NCBI RefSeq assembly: GCF_030384885.1
Contig: NZ_CP128613.1
Source of the DNA: Escherichia coli
GTDB lineage: Bacteria; Pseudomonadota; Gammaproteobacteria; Enterobacterales; Enterobacteriaceae
Reading direction: 5' to 3' (one strand)
DNA: 64,000 nucleotides
The notes under the pieces were generated by a model, which saw only the letters and a list, made by a program, of their open reading frames with translations, did no database searches and was not told where the DNA came from. A program made the position numbers and the translations under genes. Shown here piece by piece: positions 9,088-19,371 of this stretch (position 1 is the stretch's first letter; each line of letters opens with the position of its first letter).

Positions 9088-9218
9088 TGGGGCTTCCTTG
9101 TGACTTTTTGTATTAAGTGTAGCGGGAGTCACGCCAGCAATATTCTGATTCTTACTGCTGATTTTCACGTCAGCACGTGGTAAAAATGAAACACTGTTGT
9201 AAAAATGTGGTGATCCTC

Positions 9219-10436
9219 ATGCCCGAACCCGTAGCCGAACCCGCGCTAAACGGATTGCGCCTGAATTTGCGCATTGTCTCCATTGTCATGTTTAACTTCG
9301 CCAGCTACCTCACCATCGGGTTGCCGCTCGCTGTATTACCGGGCTATGTCCATGATGTGATGGGCTTTAGCGCTTTCTGGGCAGGATTGGTTATCAGCCT
9401 GCAATATTTCGCCACCTTGCTGAGCCGCCCTCATGCCGGACGTTACGCCGATTTGCTGGGACCCAAAAAGATTGTCGTCTTCGGTTTATGCGGCTGCTTT
9501 TTAAGCGGTTTGGGGTATCTGACGGCAGGATTAACCGCCAGTCTGCCCGTCATCAGCCTGTTATTACTTTGCCTGGGACGTGTGATTCTCGGCATTGGGC
9601 AAAGTTTTGCCGGAACAGGGTCGACACTGTGGGGCGTTGGCGTGGTTGGTTCGCTGCATATCGGGCGGGTGATTTCGTGGAACGGCATTGTCACTTACGG
9701 GGCGATGGCGATGGGTGCGCCGTTAGGTGTCGTGTTTTATCACTGGGGCGGCTTGCAGGCGTTAGCGTTAATCATTATGGGTGTGGCGCTGGTGGCCATT
9801 TTGTTAGCGATCCCGCGTCCGACGGTAAAAGCCAGTAAAGGCAAACCACTGCCGTTTCGCGCGGTGCTTGGGCGCGTCTGGTTATACGGCATGGCGCTGG
9901 CGTTGGCTTCTGCCGGATTTGGCGTTATCGCCACCTTTATCACATTGTTTTATGACGCTAAAGGCTGGGACGGTGCGGCTTTTGCGCTGACGCTGTTTAG
10001 CTGTGCATTTGTTGGAACGCGATTGTTATTCCCTAACGGCATAAATCGTATCGGCGGCTTAAATGTGGCGATGATTTGCTTTAGCGTTGAGATAATCGGC
10101 CTGCTACTGGTTGGCGTGGCGACTATGCCGTGGATGGCGAAAATCGGCGTCTTACTCGCGGGGGCGGGGTTTTCGCTGGTGTTCCCGGCATTGGGCGTAG
10201 TGGCGGTAAAAGCAGTGCCGCAGCAGAATCAGGGGGCGGCGCTGGCAACTTACACCGTATTTATGGATTTATCGCTTGGCGTGACCGGACCACTGGCTGG
10301 GCTGGTGATGAGTTGGGCGGGCGTCCCGGTGATTTATCTGGCGGCGGCGGGACTGGTCGCAATCGCGTTATTACTGACGTGGCGATTAAAAAAACGGCCT
10401 CCGGTGGAAGTACCTGAGGCCATCTCATCATCTTAA
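9219..10436 (+). CDS. yhhS: MFS transporter YhhS
   Basis: Recognised as E. coli YhhS from MPEPVAEPALNGLRLNL (405 aa); the track ORF starts 14 codons upstream. Confidence 0.93.
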   Translation: MPEPVAEPALNGLRLNLRIVSIVMFNFASYLTIGLPLAVLPGYVHDVMGFSAFWAGLVISLQYFATLLSRPHAGRYADLLGPKKIVVFGLCGCFLSGLGYLTAGLTASLPVISLLLLCLGRVILGIGQSFAGTGSTLWGVGVVGSLHIGRVISWNGIVTYGAMAMGAPLGVVFYHWGGLQALALIIMGVALVAILLAIPRPTVKASKGKPLPFRAVLGRVWLYGMALALASAGFGVIATFITLFYDAKGWDGAAFALTLFSCAFVGTRLLFPNGINRIGGLNVAMICFSVEIIGLLLVGVATMPWMAKIGVLLAGAGFSLVFPALGVVAVKAVPQQNQGAALATYTVFMDLSLGVTGPLAGLVMSWAGVPVIYLAAAGLVAIALLLTWRLKKRPPVEVPEAISSS

Positions 10437-10439
10437 AAC

Positions 10440-10997
10440 TTACTGAATAACCAGCGTATTAATGATGTTTTCTGCGGTGGTCTGTGCTTTTTGCTGATCG
10501 TCAGCTGGCAGCGTAATTTGCATGGTCAGCAGTTGATTACCCACGTTACCCAGAATAACGGAAGAGTACGCCGTCTGGCCTTTCGCGGAGATAATGCTGT
10601 CTAACTGCTGCATTTTGTGACCTTTCAGCTCAATGGCTTTGTTGGTCACTACTTGCAGCTGTGGATCGCGGCTACGTTGCTGATCTTCCAGGCGCTTCGC
10701 CAGCACCGCCAGATCTTCTTTCGGATCATCGCCCATGATGACGATGACTGCTTTTTGCCCGGTGGCGTCGGACCAGACATGCATGTTATTAGCCTGCGTT
10801 CCCAGCTTACCGCTCTGGTCGGTCATATCCGCTGGCAGCGAGAAACTTAACTTGCCATCAAGCAGGTTGACGGGATTCCCGGTAGCGTTACTTTCCGCGA
10901 CCGAACCCTGCGCCGTAGCGTTAGTGTCTTTATCATCACAGGCCGCAAGCCCCATAACCAGCAGGCCAATTCCGACATATTTAACCAGATTGCGCAT
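10440..10997 (-). CDS. dcrB: periplasmic lipoprotein DcrB
   Basis: Recognised from [24 protein letters not shown] (185 aa); lipobox LAAC. Confidence 0.92.
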
Positions 10998-11069
10998 TGA
11001 CTTCTTCCTTTCGATAAACGGCCATAACGGCTCATTCATCCATCTTATCACAACTCTGATAACGAACCT

Positions 11070-11735
11070 TTAACTCGCCTGCAAAGCGTTGATTTCGGAT
11101 TTATCTGCCAGTCTTTTCAACAGCATATTGAGTAATACGCCATACATTGGCAGGAAGAAAACGATACTGATTAACACTTTGAAACAGTAATCGACCAGCG
11201 CGATTTCCATCCAGTGTTCAGCCATAAAGGCATCTGGGCTGCGCCAGAAGGCAATGAAGAAGAAGGCCAGCGTGTCGCTGACGTTACCAAACAGGGTGGA
11301 AGCCGTCGGTGCCAGCCACCAGCGACGACTCTGACGCAGGCGGTTAAAAACGTGCACGTCGAGGATTTGCCCCAGCGCGTAGGCCATGAAACTGGCGGTG
11401 GCGATACGGGCGACAAACAGGTTGAAGTGGGCGAGCGCGCCGAATCCCTGCCAGGAACCCATATAGAACAGCGACGAGATGACGTAGGAGATCAGTAACG
11501 CCGGGATCATCACCGCAAAGATGATACGACGGGCCAGCGGTGCGCCAAAAATACGCACAGTCAGGTCGGTAGCAAGGAAAATAAACGGAAAGCTAAACGC
11601 GCCCCAGGTGGTATGGAAACCAAAAATGGATACGGGAAGCTGAACCAGATAGTTACTGGAGGTGATCACCAACAGATGAAATAACGATAACCAGAACAAC
11701 GCTTTATAGCGTTGAGTTTGCGAGAAAACGTTCAT
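11070..11735 (-). CDS. yhhQ: queuosine-precursor transporter YhhQ
   Basis: 221-aa membrane protein recognised as E. coli YhhQ. Confidence 0.93.
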   Translation of the reverse strand: MNVFSQTQRYKALFWLSLFHLLVITSSNYLVQLPVSIFGFHTTWGAFSFPFIFLATDLTVRIFGAPLARRIIFAVMIPALLISYVISSLFYMGSWQGFGALAHFNLFVARIATASFMAYALGQILDVHVFNRLRQSRRWWLAPTASTLFGNVSDTLAFFFIAFWRSPDAFMAEHWMEIALVDYCFKVLISIVFFLPMYGVLLNMLLKRLADKSEINALQAS

Positions 11736-11954
11736 ATTGTACCTTTTTGATTAACCATTGGGGTGAGGGAACCCAATACGTACGACACGTCTGTTACCTT
11801 AACATAATAACGTGCTGACCCTTTTTTCGAGCCGCCGCATGATACTGCTTTACGTTGACAATGCAATGGTTAATTTTCGCGCAATCGTTAACCTGGTTTG
11901 CTTACGGACTCACAGGGCGTAAACTAGCGCCGTTTTTTATGTGATGAGAAGAAA

Positions 11955-12200
11955 ATGACCGATCTCTTTTCCAGCCCTGACCACACACTCGACGCACTTG
12001 GCCTGCGCTGCCCGGAACCCGTGATGATGGTGCGCAAAACTGTGCGCAATATGCAACCTGGCGAAACGTTGCTGATTATTGCTGATGATCCGGCGACGAC
12101 ACGCGATATTCCTGGGTTTTGTACCTTTATGGAACACGAACTGGTTGCTAAAGAAACGGATGGACTGCCTTATCGTTATTTGATTCGTAAATCGGGGTAA
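11955..12200 (+). CDS. tusA: sulfur carrier protein TusA
   Basis: 81 aa with the CPEP active-site motif ([11 protein letters not shown]); recognised as E. coli TusA. Confidence 0.96.
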
Positions 12201-12254
12201 GGTGGATCAGGCTAGCGGACCGATCGCGCTCAATTTTGCGGCTTGCAACCGGTT

Positions 12255-12391
12255 TGTAGGACGGATAAAACGTTCAAGCTGCATCTGGCGATACGGTGCG
12301 CAATGCCTGATGCGACGCTGTCGCGTCTTATCATGCCTACGAGTTCAATGCCCTGTGTAGGCCAGATAAGGCGTTTACGCCGCATCCGGCA
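12255..12391. repeat. BIME / REP element cluster
   Basis: Copies of the REP palindrome (e.g. tgtaggccagataaggcgtttacgccgcatccggcac and gcctgatgcgacgctgtcgcgtcttatcatgcctac) in the tusA-zntA convergent intergenic region. Confidence 0.8.
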
Positions 12392-12414
12392 CGCAAACGT
12401 AATGGAATGCACAA

Positions 12415-12723
12415 ATGGATTATTTAATTCCAGTTTGTCTGGTATTGCTGGGATTGCTCGCGATCTTCACCCCCAATTGGCTGATCCCTGTTTTTATCGT
12501 CGTGGGGGGATGGCTGGGGGTACTTGCCTGGGGTTGGCTCTGGCTAATGATTTTTTTACCTTTACTTAACGGTGTCGGGCTTGCTTATGCCCTGTGGTTG
12601 ATGTTCAAAAGGCCATCCATAGCATCCCGCCTGGTTGCTGCATGCTGTGTTATCTCCGTCATTCTGATGTTAGCGCTTTATTATGCTTTCCTGACTATGC
12701 CGCCGTTCCCGCCTCAGCACTAA
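12415..12723 (+). CDS. hypothetical small hydrophobic protein (unverified ORF)
   Basis: 102-aa ORF directly after the BIME; Trp/Leu-rich with 2-3 predicted transmembrane segments (GGWLGVLAWGWLWLMIFLPLL); weak Shine-Dalgarno; could be a chance ORF. Confidence 0.3.
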   Translation: MDYLIPVCLVLLGLLAIFTPNWLIPVFIVVGGWLGVLAWGWLWLMIFLPLLNGVGLAYALWLMFKRPSIASRLVAACCVISVILMLALYYAFLTMPPFPPQH

Positions 12724-12755
12724 GCCTGATAGCCAGAGGCTATCAGGCAACACTT

Positions 12756-14954
12756 TTACTTCCTGCGCAACAATCTTAACGCATTCGCTGTCACCAGCAC
12801 CGTCGCACCCGTATCTGCCAGCACCGCCAGCCATAGTCCGGTCATCCCTAACAGCGTTGTGACGAGGAAGATCCCTTTCAGCCCCAGCGCAATGGTGATG
12901 TTCTGGCGGATATTGGCGTGAGTGGCGCGTGCCAGTTCAATCATCTGCACCAGGCCGCGCAGGTGGTTATGGGTTAATGCAGCGTCGGCGGTTTCCAGCG
13001 CCACATCTGTGCCACTGCCCATTGCAATCCCTATGGCGGCAGCTTTCATGGCGGGCGCGTCGTTAATACCGTCACCGACCATCGCCAGAGGCGCATGTTG
13101 ATTCAGCTCGGTCACCGCTTTGACTTTATCTTCTGGTAATAGGCCCGCTTTAAATTTCAGCCCCAGTTCACCGGCGATTGCCGCCGCTGCGTGTGGATTA
13201 TCGCCAGTGAGGATCACTCCTTTGACGCCCAGGGCGCTCAGTTCGCTGATGGCAGTTGCGGCGTCGGCGCGCAGGGTATCCTGCAATGCAATGACACCCA
13301 GCACTTCATCGTTACGCACCACCAGTACTACCGTTTGCCCGGCGCTTTCCAGTTCGTTAATTAAACCAGCAAATGCAACAGCCGGATGTTTTCCGGCAGC
13401 GCATATCAACACGCGCTCACCGTTAATCAGTGCTTCAATACCAGACCCGACCAGCGCCCGCTGTGATTCGGCGGCGGGAATGGCGAGTTCAGCAACCTGT
13501 GCTTCGCGTACGATGGCTTGCGCCAGTGGATGCGTCGCGCCTTGCTCGACCGCCGCTGCCAGTGTCAGCAGTTCAGATTCACTAATACCCGTTGCCGGAT
13601 GAATCGCGGTAACGCGCGGTTTACCGACGGTCAGCGTGCCGGTTTTATCAAACGCCACCTGGGTAACACGACCTAGTTGTTCCAGCGCCGCACCGCCTTT
13701 AATCAACGCCCCATGACGCGCTGCTGCCGCCAGCCCGGAGGTGATCGCCGCAGGTGTTGAGATCACCAGCGCACACGGGCAGCCAATCAGCAGCAGCGTC
13801 AGCCCTTTATAAATCCACTCCTGCCAGCTTGCGGCAAACAGCAGCGGTGGCACCAGCGTCACCAGCAGGGCGACGGCCATAATCGCTGGCGTGTAAATAC
13901 GGCTGAAACGGTCGATAAACCGCTCAATGGGCGCGCGGCGCTCTTCGGCTTCTTCGATCAGTTTCAGAATCCGGTCAATGGCGCTGGCACCCGGTTCTGA
14001 CAGCACTTCCAGCGTTACCAGACGGTCTACGCTGGTGGCGCCTGCAGGAACTTTATCACCCGTCGCGCGCTCCACCGGAATGGATTCGCCGGTCAGGGCG
14101 CTTTCATCAAAACTGGCAAAGGGCGAGAGCAGTTTACCGTCGGCAGGTAAACGCCCACCTGCCGCAACTTCGATAACATCGCCCGGACGCAGGCTGTTAA
14201 TTGCTACCTCTTCACGCTTGCCATTACGCAGGCGCGTGGCGGTTTCCGGTTTCAGCGCCATTAACGCGCTGACCCCTTGACGCGCGCGGCTGGCGGCCCA
14301 GCCTTCCAGTCGTTCACCAATCAAAAACAGCAGCAACACCATCGCAGCTTCAGCCGTTGCGCCAATAAACAGCGCACCAATAGCGGCTACGCTCATTAAG
14401 GTTTCAATAGCGAAGTAGCTGCCGGATTTGATCAGCCGTAATGCCTGACGAGCAATCGGGTACAGCCCAACCAGCGTGGTCGCGATAAACGCCAGTTGAC
14501 CGAACGGATGATTAAACTGCTCCAGACCCCAGCTGATTGCCATCAACACGATTAGCGTAATCAGCGGCAGATTCTCTTTCAGGCGTGATGCTTGCGGTTC
14601 TACGGCTGCCTGTTCATCGCGCAGGGAATAGCCCGCTTTTTGCACCGCAGATTCAACTTGTGCACGGATGTCATTGTCGGCATCAACCACCAGTTTTTCG
14701 GTGGCGAACAGCACCTGCACCTGATTCACGCCTGCAAGCTGGCGCACGGCATTTTCTACCTTGCGCGCGCAGGCGGCGCAGTCCATGCCGCTGACTTTCC
14801 AGCTATAGCGGGTGCCGGAGACGTTTTCAGAGAGCGTTGGCGTGCTGGAACATGCGCCGTCGCAGCAACAGTCGTTGACGTTCTGTACCGTGGTTAGCGG
14901 TTTGAACGCAGAAAATTGAGGGGCTTTCTTGCCGTGATTGTCAGGAGTCGACAT
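12756..14954 (-). CDS. zntA: Zn(II)/Cd(II)/Pb(II)-translocating P-type ATPase ZntA
   Basis: 732 aa; GMDCAACARKVE metal-binding motif, CPC, DKTGT; recognised as E. coli ZntA. Confidence 0.97.
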   Translation of the reverse strand: MSTPDNHGKKAPQFSAFKPLTTVQNVNDCCCDGACSSTPTLSENVSGTRYSWKVSGMDCAACARKVENAVRQLAGVNQVQVLFATEKLVVDADNDIRAQVESAVQKAGYSLRDEQAAVEPQASRLKENLPLITLIVLMAISWGLEQFNHPFGQLAFIATTLVGLYPIARQALRLIKSGSYFAIETLMSVAAIGALFIGATAEAAMVLLLFLIGERLEGWAASRARQGVSALMALKPETATRLRNGKREEVAINSLRPGDVIEVAAGGRLPADGKLLSPFASFDESALTGESIPVERATGDKVPAGATSVDRLVTLEVLSEPGASAIDRILKLIEEAEERRAPIERFIDRFSRIYTPAIMAVALLVTLVPPLLFAASWQEWIYKGLTLLLIGCPCALVISTPAAITSGLAAAARHGALIKGGAALEQLGRVTQVAFDKTGTLTVGKPRVTAIHPATGISESELLTLAAAVEQGATHPLAQAIVREAQVAELAIPAAESQRALVGSGIEALINGERVLICAAGKHPAVAFAGLINELESAGQTVVLVVRNDEVLGVIALQDTLRADAATAISELSALGVKGVILTGDNPHAAAAIAGELGLKFKAGLLPEDKVKAVTELNQHAPLAMVGDGINDAPAMKAAAIGIAMGSGTDVALETADAALTHNHLRGLVQMIELARATHANIRQNITIALGLKGIFLVTTLLGMTGLWLAVLADTGATVLVTANALRLLRRK

Positions 14955-14984
14955 GGCATCCTCCGGTTAAGTTTTTTCTCATTA

Positions 14985-15021
14985 ACCGAAGGATACACTC
15001 TGGAGTCGACTCCAGAGTCAA
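14985..15021 (-). promoter_or_regulatory. zntA promoter with ZntR (MerR-type) operator
   Basis: Perfect 22-bp palindrome ACTCTGGAGTCGACTCCAGAGT (14997-15018) lying between TTGACT and TATCCT hexamers on the zntA strand with a long MerR-type spacer, upstream of the zntA GGAGG/ATG. Confidence 0.8.
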
Positions 15022-15027
15022 GTTTTA

Positions 15028-15654
15028 TCAGAGATACAGCGAGCGGACGATGAGGAAATGTCCGGCAAAGTAGCAGGCCGCAGCAATCGCGTTGTCCGCA
15101 CGGAAGCGTCGGCGATAGTGACTACCCAGCCAGACAAAGTTACTTATAAACAGCAACGAAGCGCCGACAAACGCAGAGAGCGCCGGAGCGGTCGGACGGA
15201 AGAACCACAGTTCACCTGCCAGCCACACCATCACCAGCGTCATGCCGATAAACGTGCAGATAGGCCAACGATACTCTTCCAGACGCGTCCAGATAATCGC
15301 CAGTAACAGCGCACCCAGCACCAGCAACACCAGCGGCAAAGGCCAGAAGAAAGAGAGCGTCATCTGGCTGGCGAAATAGATGGTGTACAACAGGTGCGAG
15401 AGGAAAAACGCGCCGATGGCGTACATCAGACGTTGACGTGGCAACAGGGTTAGCGCATCGCCCAGCAGTGAGGCGCACAGTCCCGCCAGCACCAGATAGC
15501 TAATGGCGTCGAACATCGGCGCTTGCCAGGCCAGCAACAGCAGGAGAAGAAGGGTTAATGGTTTAAATACCCAGCGTTGCCAGGTTGGCCCACGATACGA
15601 TGCATCCACAGATAGCCATGCGGAAAGACAGACAGCGATAAACGACCAAAGCAT
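15028..15654 (-). CDS. yhhN: inner membrane protein YhhN
   Basis: 208-aa multi-pass membrane protein, recognised as E. coli YhhN. Confidence 0.9.
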
Positions 15655-15794
15655 CTTAGTTCCTTGAATTCGTTATTTTTTCGTAAGCGGAATGCCTACG
15701 GTCTTGCTTCCAGTTTAGTGGCGAGGGTGGACGGATGACAACACCATAACTGGCAGGGTATGCTTATTTCCGCATTTTCCGATGAGGGATAAAG

Positions 15795-16154
15795 ATGAGC
15801 AAACCACCTCTTTTCTTTATTGTTATCATTGGCTTAATTATCGTCGCCGCATCGTTTCGTTTTATGCAACAGCGACGGGAAAAAGCTGATAATGATATAG
15901 CGCCACTCCAGCAAAAGTTGGTGGTGGTGAGCAATAAGCGGGAAAAACCGATTAACGATCGCCGTTCGCGCCAGCAGGAAGTGACACCGGCTGGTACCAG
16001 CATGCGCTATGAGGCGAGCTTCAAACCGCAAAGCGGAGGAATGGAACAGACGTTTCGCCTCGACGCCCAGCAGTACCATGCCCTGACAGTGGGCGATAAA
16101 GGTACGCTGAGCTATAAAGGAACGCGCTTTGTCAGCTTTGTCAGCAAACAATAA
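15795..16154 (+). CDS. yhhM: DUF2500-family protein YhhM
   Basis: 119 aa, recognised (MSKPPLFFIVIIGLIIVAAS...). Confidence 0.9.
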   Translation: MSKPPLFFIVIIGLIIVAASFRFMQQRREKADNDIAPLQQKLVVVSNKREKPINDRRSRQQEVTPAGTSMRYEASFKPQSGGMEQTFRLDAQQYHALTVGDKGTLSYKGTRFVSFVSKQ

Positions 16155-16156
16155 GG

Positions 16157-16426
16157 TTATTTTTTAACGTTAAATTTCTTCTGCCAGACCAGCAATTCAA
16201 ACACGCCGAAAAGGAAAATCCGCACCTTTTCGGCGGTGGTCATCTGCGGGCCATCTTTCGGCAAAGTGGATTTCAATAGCGCCAGCTGCATACCATGCAT
16301 CAGCACGGTAAAAATCAGCGCCACGTTAACGAAAATATTCAGCGGACGCGGGAAGGGATGCACCAGGTTGAGGATTAAAAATCCCCAAACGCAGAGCATT
16401 AACAAACGTCCAATATTAATCAACAT
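16157..16426 (-). CDS. yhhL: DUF1145-family membrane protein YhhL
   Basis: Recognised from MLINIGRLLMLCVWGFLILNL (89 aa); the track ORF is longer; overlaps the rsmD 3' end. Confidence 0.85.
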   Translation of the reverse strand: MLINIGRLLMLCVWGFLILNLVHPFPRPLNIFVNVALIFTVLMHGMQLALLKSTLPKDGPQMTTAEKVRIFLFGVFELLVWQKKFNVKK

Positions 16427-17012
16427 CACTTTCTCCTTGTGCTTCGCGTTGATACAGGCGGTAAGCCACCTGACCTGCCACTTTTTCCCGATGTAATGAC
16501 CAGTTCGCCGGAACAGTGGGCAGACCGTTTTCGACTTCGCTTTCGACATAAATCAGGGCTTCGTCAGCCAGCCAGCCGTTATCTTCCAGTAAATTTATCG
16601 TCTCTTCTAACAAGCCACGGCGGAACGGTGGATCGACAAACACGATATTATGCGGTGTGCCTTTTTGCGCCAGGAATGACATCGCGTTGCTGTTCACCAC
16701 GCGTGCATTGCCTGCTTTTAGTGTCGCCAGATTCTTAATTAACTGTTGAGAAACCGCGCGATCCATCTCAATCAACGTGGCCCCCGCAGCGTAGCGCGAT
16801 AACGCTTCCAGCCCCAGCGCGCCGCTCCCGGCGAAGCAATCCAGACATTGGGCGTCAACAATGACCGGAGCCAGCCAGTTAAACAACGTTTCGCGTACGC
16901 GGTCGGTGGTGGGGCGCAGGCCTGGGCTATCAGGAACCGGGAGTTTACGGCCTCGCCACTGCCCGCCAATAATGCGGATTTGGCCGCTGCCGGAATGATT
17001 CGGTTTTTTCAT
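16416..17012 (-). CDS. rsmD: 16S rRNA (guanine966-N2)-methyltransferase RsmD
   Basis: 198 aa; recognised as E. coli RsmD (YhhF). Confidence 0.94.
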   Translation of the reverse strand: MKKPNHSGSGQIRIIGGQWRGRKLPVPDSPGLRPTTDRVRETLFNWLAPVIVDAQCLDCFAGSGALGLEALSRYAAGATLIEMDRAVSQQLIKNLATLKAGNARVVNSNAMSFLAQKGTPHNIVFVDPPFRRGLLEETINLLEDNGWLADEALIYVESEVENGLPTVPANWSLHREKVAGQVAYRLYQREAQGESDVD

Positions 17013-17161
17013 GATAAATTGCTCAATCCGCCAGATAACACATACTTGCAGGCGGTGATGTGAATTAAGTTAAGTGATAGACTATTTCATCATTTTTTTA
17101 GCTGCTATGTACATAGCGTTAACGCTGTGCCATGAAGCAACAGCGAGGAGTGTAGTCGCAA

Positions 17162-18700
17162 ATGGCGAAAGAAAAAAAACGTGGCTTTTTTTCCTGGCTG
17201 GGCTTTGGTCAAAAAGAGCAGACCCCGGAAAAAGAGACAGAAGTCCAGAACGAACAACCGGTTGTAGAAGAAATCGTTCCGGCGCAAGAGCCTGCGAAGG
17301 CTTCTGAACAAGCCGTTGAAGAGCAGCCGCAGGCGTATACTGATGCCGAGGCGGAAACTTTTGCTGCCGAAGTTGTGGAAGTCACTGAACAGGTTGCTGA
17401 AAGTGAAAAAGCGCAGCCTGAAGCTGTTGCTGAACCGGAAGTTATTACTGAGCCGGAAACGATAGTTGAAGAAACGCCAGCGTCAGTCATTGAACCTGAA
17501 GTTACGCCAGAGCCTGTGGCTATCGAGCGTGAAGAGCTGCCGTTGCCGGAAGACGTCAAAGCCGAAGAGGTTTCGCCAGAAGAGTGGCAGGCCGAAGCGG
17601 AAACCGTAGAGATTGTCGAAGCGGCGGAAGAAGAAGCGGCTAAAGACGAAATCACCGACGAAGAGCTGGAAGCACAGGCGCTGGCTGCCGAAGCGGCAGA
17701 AGAGGCGATGATGGTGGTTCCTCCGGCAGAAGAAGAGCAGCCGGTGGAAGAAATCGCTCAGGAGCAGGAAAAACCGACCAAAGAAGGTTTCTTCGCGCGC
17801 CTGAAACGCAGCCTGTTAAAAACCAAAGAAAACCTCGGTTCCGGATTTATCAGCCTGTTCCGCGGTAAAAAAATCGACGATGATCTGTTTGAAGAATTGG
17901 AAGAGCAATTGCTCATCGCCGATGTGGGCGTGGAAACCACGCGTAAAATTATCACCAATCTGACAGAAGGTGCGACCCGCAAGCAGCTACGTGATGCCGA
18001 GGCGCTCTATGGCCTGCTGAAAGAAGAGATGGGCGAGATTCTGGCGAAAGTCGATGAACCGCTGAACGTTGAAGGTAAAACGCCGTTCGTGATCCTGATG
18101 GTGGGCGTCAACGGTGTGGGTAAAACCACGACGATTGGTAAGCTGGCGCGTCAGTTTGAGCAGCAGGGTAAATCAGTGATGCTGGCGGCGGGCGATACTT
18201 TCCGTGCAGCAGCGGTTGAACAGCTTCAGGTCTGGGGTCAGCGTAATAATATTCCGGTGATTGCCCAGCATACCGGTGCGGATTCCGCTTCTGTTATCTT
18301 CGACGCCATTCAGGCCGCTAAAGCGCGTAACATCGACGTTTTGATTGCCGATACCGCCGGACGCCTGCAGAACAAATCGCACTTGATGGAAGAGTTGAAG
18401 AAAATCGTCCGCGTGATGAAGAAACTCGACGTTGAAGCTCCGCATGAAGTTATGCTGACTATCGACGCCAGTACCGGGCAGAATGCAGTAAGCCAGGCCA
18501 AACTGTTCCACGAAGCCGTTGGCTTAACCGGCATCACGCTAACGAAACTGGACGGCACGGCGAAAGGCGGGGTAATTTTCTCGGTGGCTGACCAGTTTGG
18601 TATCCCTATCCGCTACATTGGTGTCGGCGAACGTATTGAGGATTTGCGTCCGTTTAAAGCGGACGACTTTATAGAGGCACTTTTTGCCCGAGAGGATTAA
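17162..18700 (+). CDS. ftsY: signal recognition particle receptor FtsY
   Basis: 512 aa; acidic N-terminal A domain followed by NG domain with GVNGVGKTTT and DTAGR motifs. Confidence 0.96.
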   Translation: MAKEKKRGFFSWLGFGQKEQTPEKETEVQNEQPVVEEIVPAQEPAKASEQAVEEQPQAYTDAEAETFAAEVVEVTEQVAESEKAQPEAVAEPEVITEPETIVEETPASVIEPEVTPEPVAIEREELPLPEDVKAEEVSPEEWQAEAETVEIVEAAEEEAAKDEITDEELEAQALAAEAAEEAMMVVPPAEEEQPVEEIAQEQEKPTKEGFFARLKRSLLKTKENLGSGFISLFRGKKIDDDLFEELEEQLLIADVGVETTRKIITNLTEGATRKQLRDAEALYGLLKEEMGEILAKVDEPLNVEGKTPFVILMVGVNGVGKTTTIGKLARQFEQQGKSVMLAAGDTFRAAAVEQLQVWGQRNNIPVIAQHTGADSASVIFDAIQAAKARNIDVLIADTAGRLQNKSHLMEELKKIVRVMKKLDVEAPHEVMLTIDASTGQNAVSQAKLFHEAVGLTGITLTKLDGTAKGGVIFSVADQFGIPIRYIGVGERIEDLRPFKADDFIEALFARED

Positions 18701-18702
18701 CA

Positions 18703-19371
18703 ATGATTCGCTTTGAACATGTCAGCAAGGCTTATCTCGGTGGGAGACAGGCGCTGCAGGGCGTTACGTTCCATATGCAGCCGGGTGAGATGGCGTTTCT
18801 GACCGGTCATTCCGGCGCAGGGAAAAGTACCCTCCTGAAGCTGATCTGTGGGATTGAGCGGCCCAGCGCCGGGAAAATCTGGTTTAGCGGCCATGACATC
18901 ACGCGTCTGAAAAACCGTGAAGTTCCGTTTCTGCGCCGCCAGATTGGCATGATTTTCCAGGATCACCATCTACTGATGGACCGTACTGTCTACGATAACG
19001 TGGCGATACCCCTGATTATCGCCGGTGCCAGCGGTGACGATATTCGTCGTCGTGTATCGGCGGCGCTGGATAAAGTCGGGCTACTGGACAAAGCGAAGAA
19101 CTTCCCTATTCAGCTTTCCGGCGGTGAACAACAGCGTGTTGGCATTGCCCGCGCGGTGGTGAACAAGCCCGCGGTACTGCTGGCGGATGAACCGACCGGT
19201 AACCTTGACGACGCGTTGTCAGAAGGAATTCTACGTCTGTTTGAAGAATTTAACCGCGTTGGGGTAACCGTATTGATGGCAACGCACGACATCAACCTGA
19301 TTTCGCGGCGTTCCTATCGCATGCTCACCCTGAGCGATGGTCACTTGCATGGAGGCGTGGGCCATGAATAA
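18703..19371 (+). CDS. ftsE: cell division ATP-binding protein FtsE
   Basis: 222 aa; Walker [10 protein letters not shown] and ABC signature LSGGEQQR. Confidence 0.97.

Noticed and set aside
12230-12412. 60-aa minus-strand ORF and 108-aa plus-strand ORF (12243-12569) in the tusA-zntA spacer
   Set aside because: Both run through the REP palindromes; only the downstream 102-aa frame (12415-12723) was kept as a low-confidence candidate.
17209-17655. 148-aa Ser/Thr/Ala-rich minus-strand ORF
   Set aside because: Antisense of the low-complexity acidic A-domain of ftsY; a compositional artefact.
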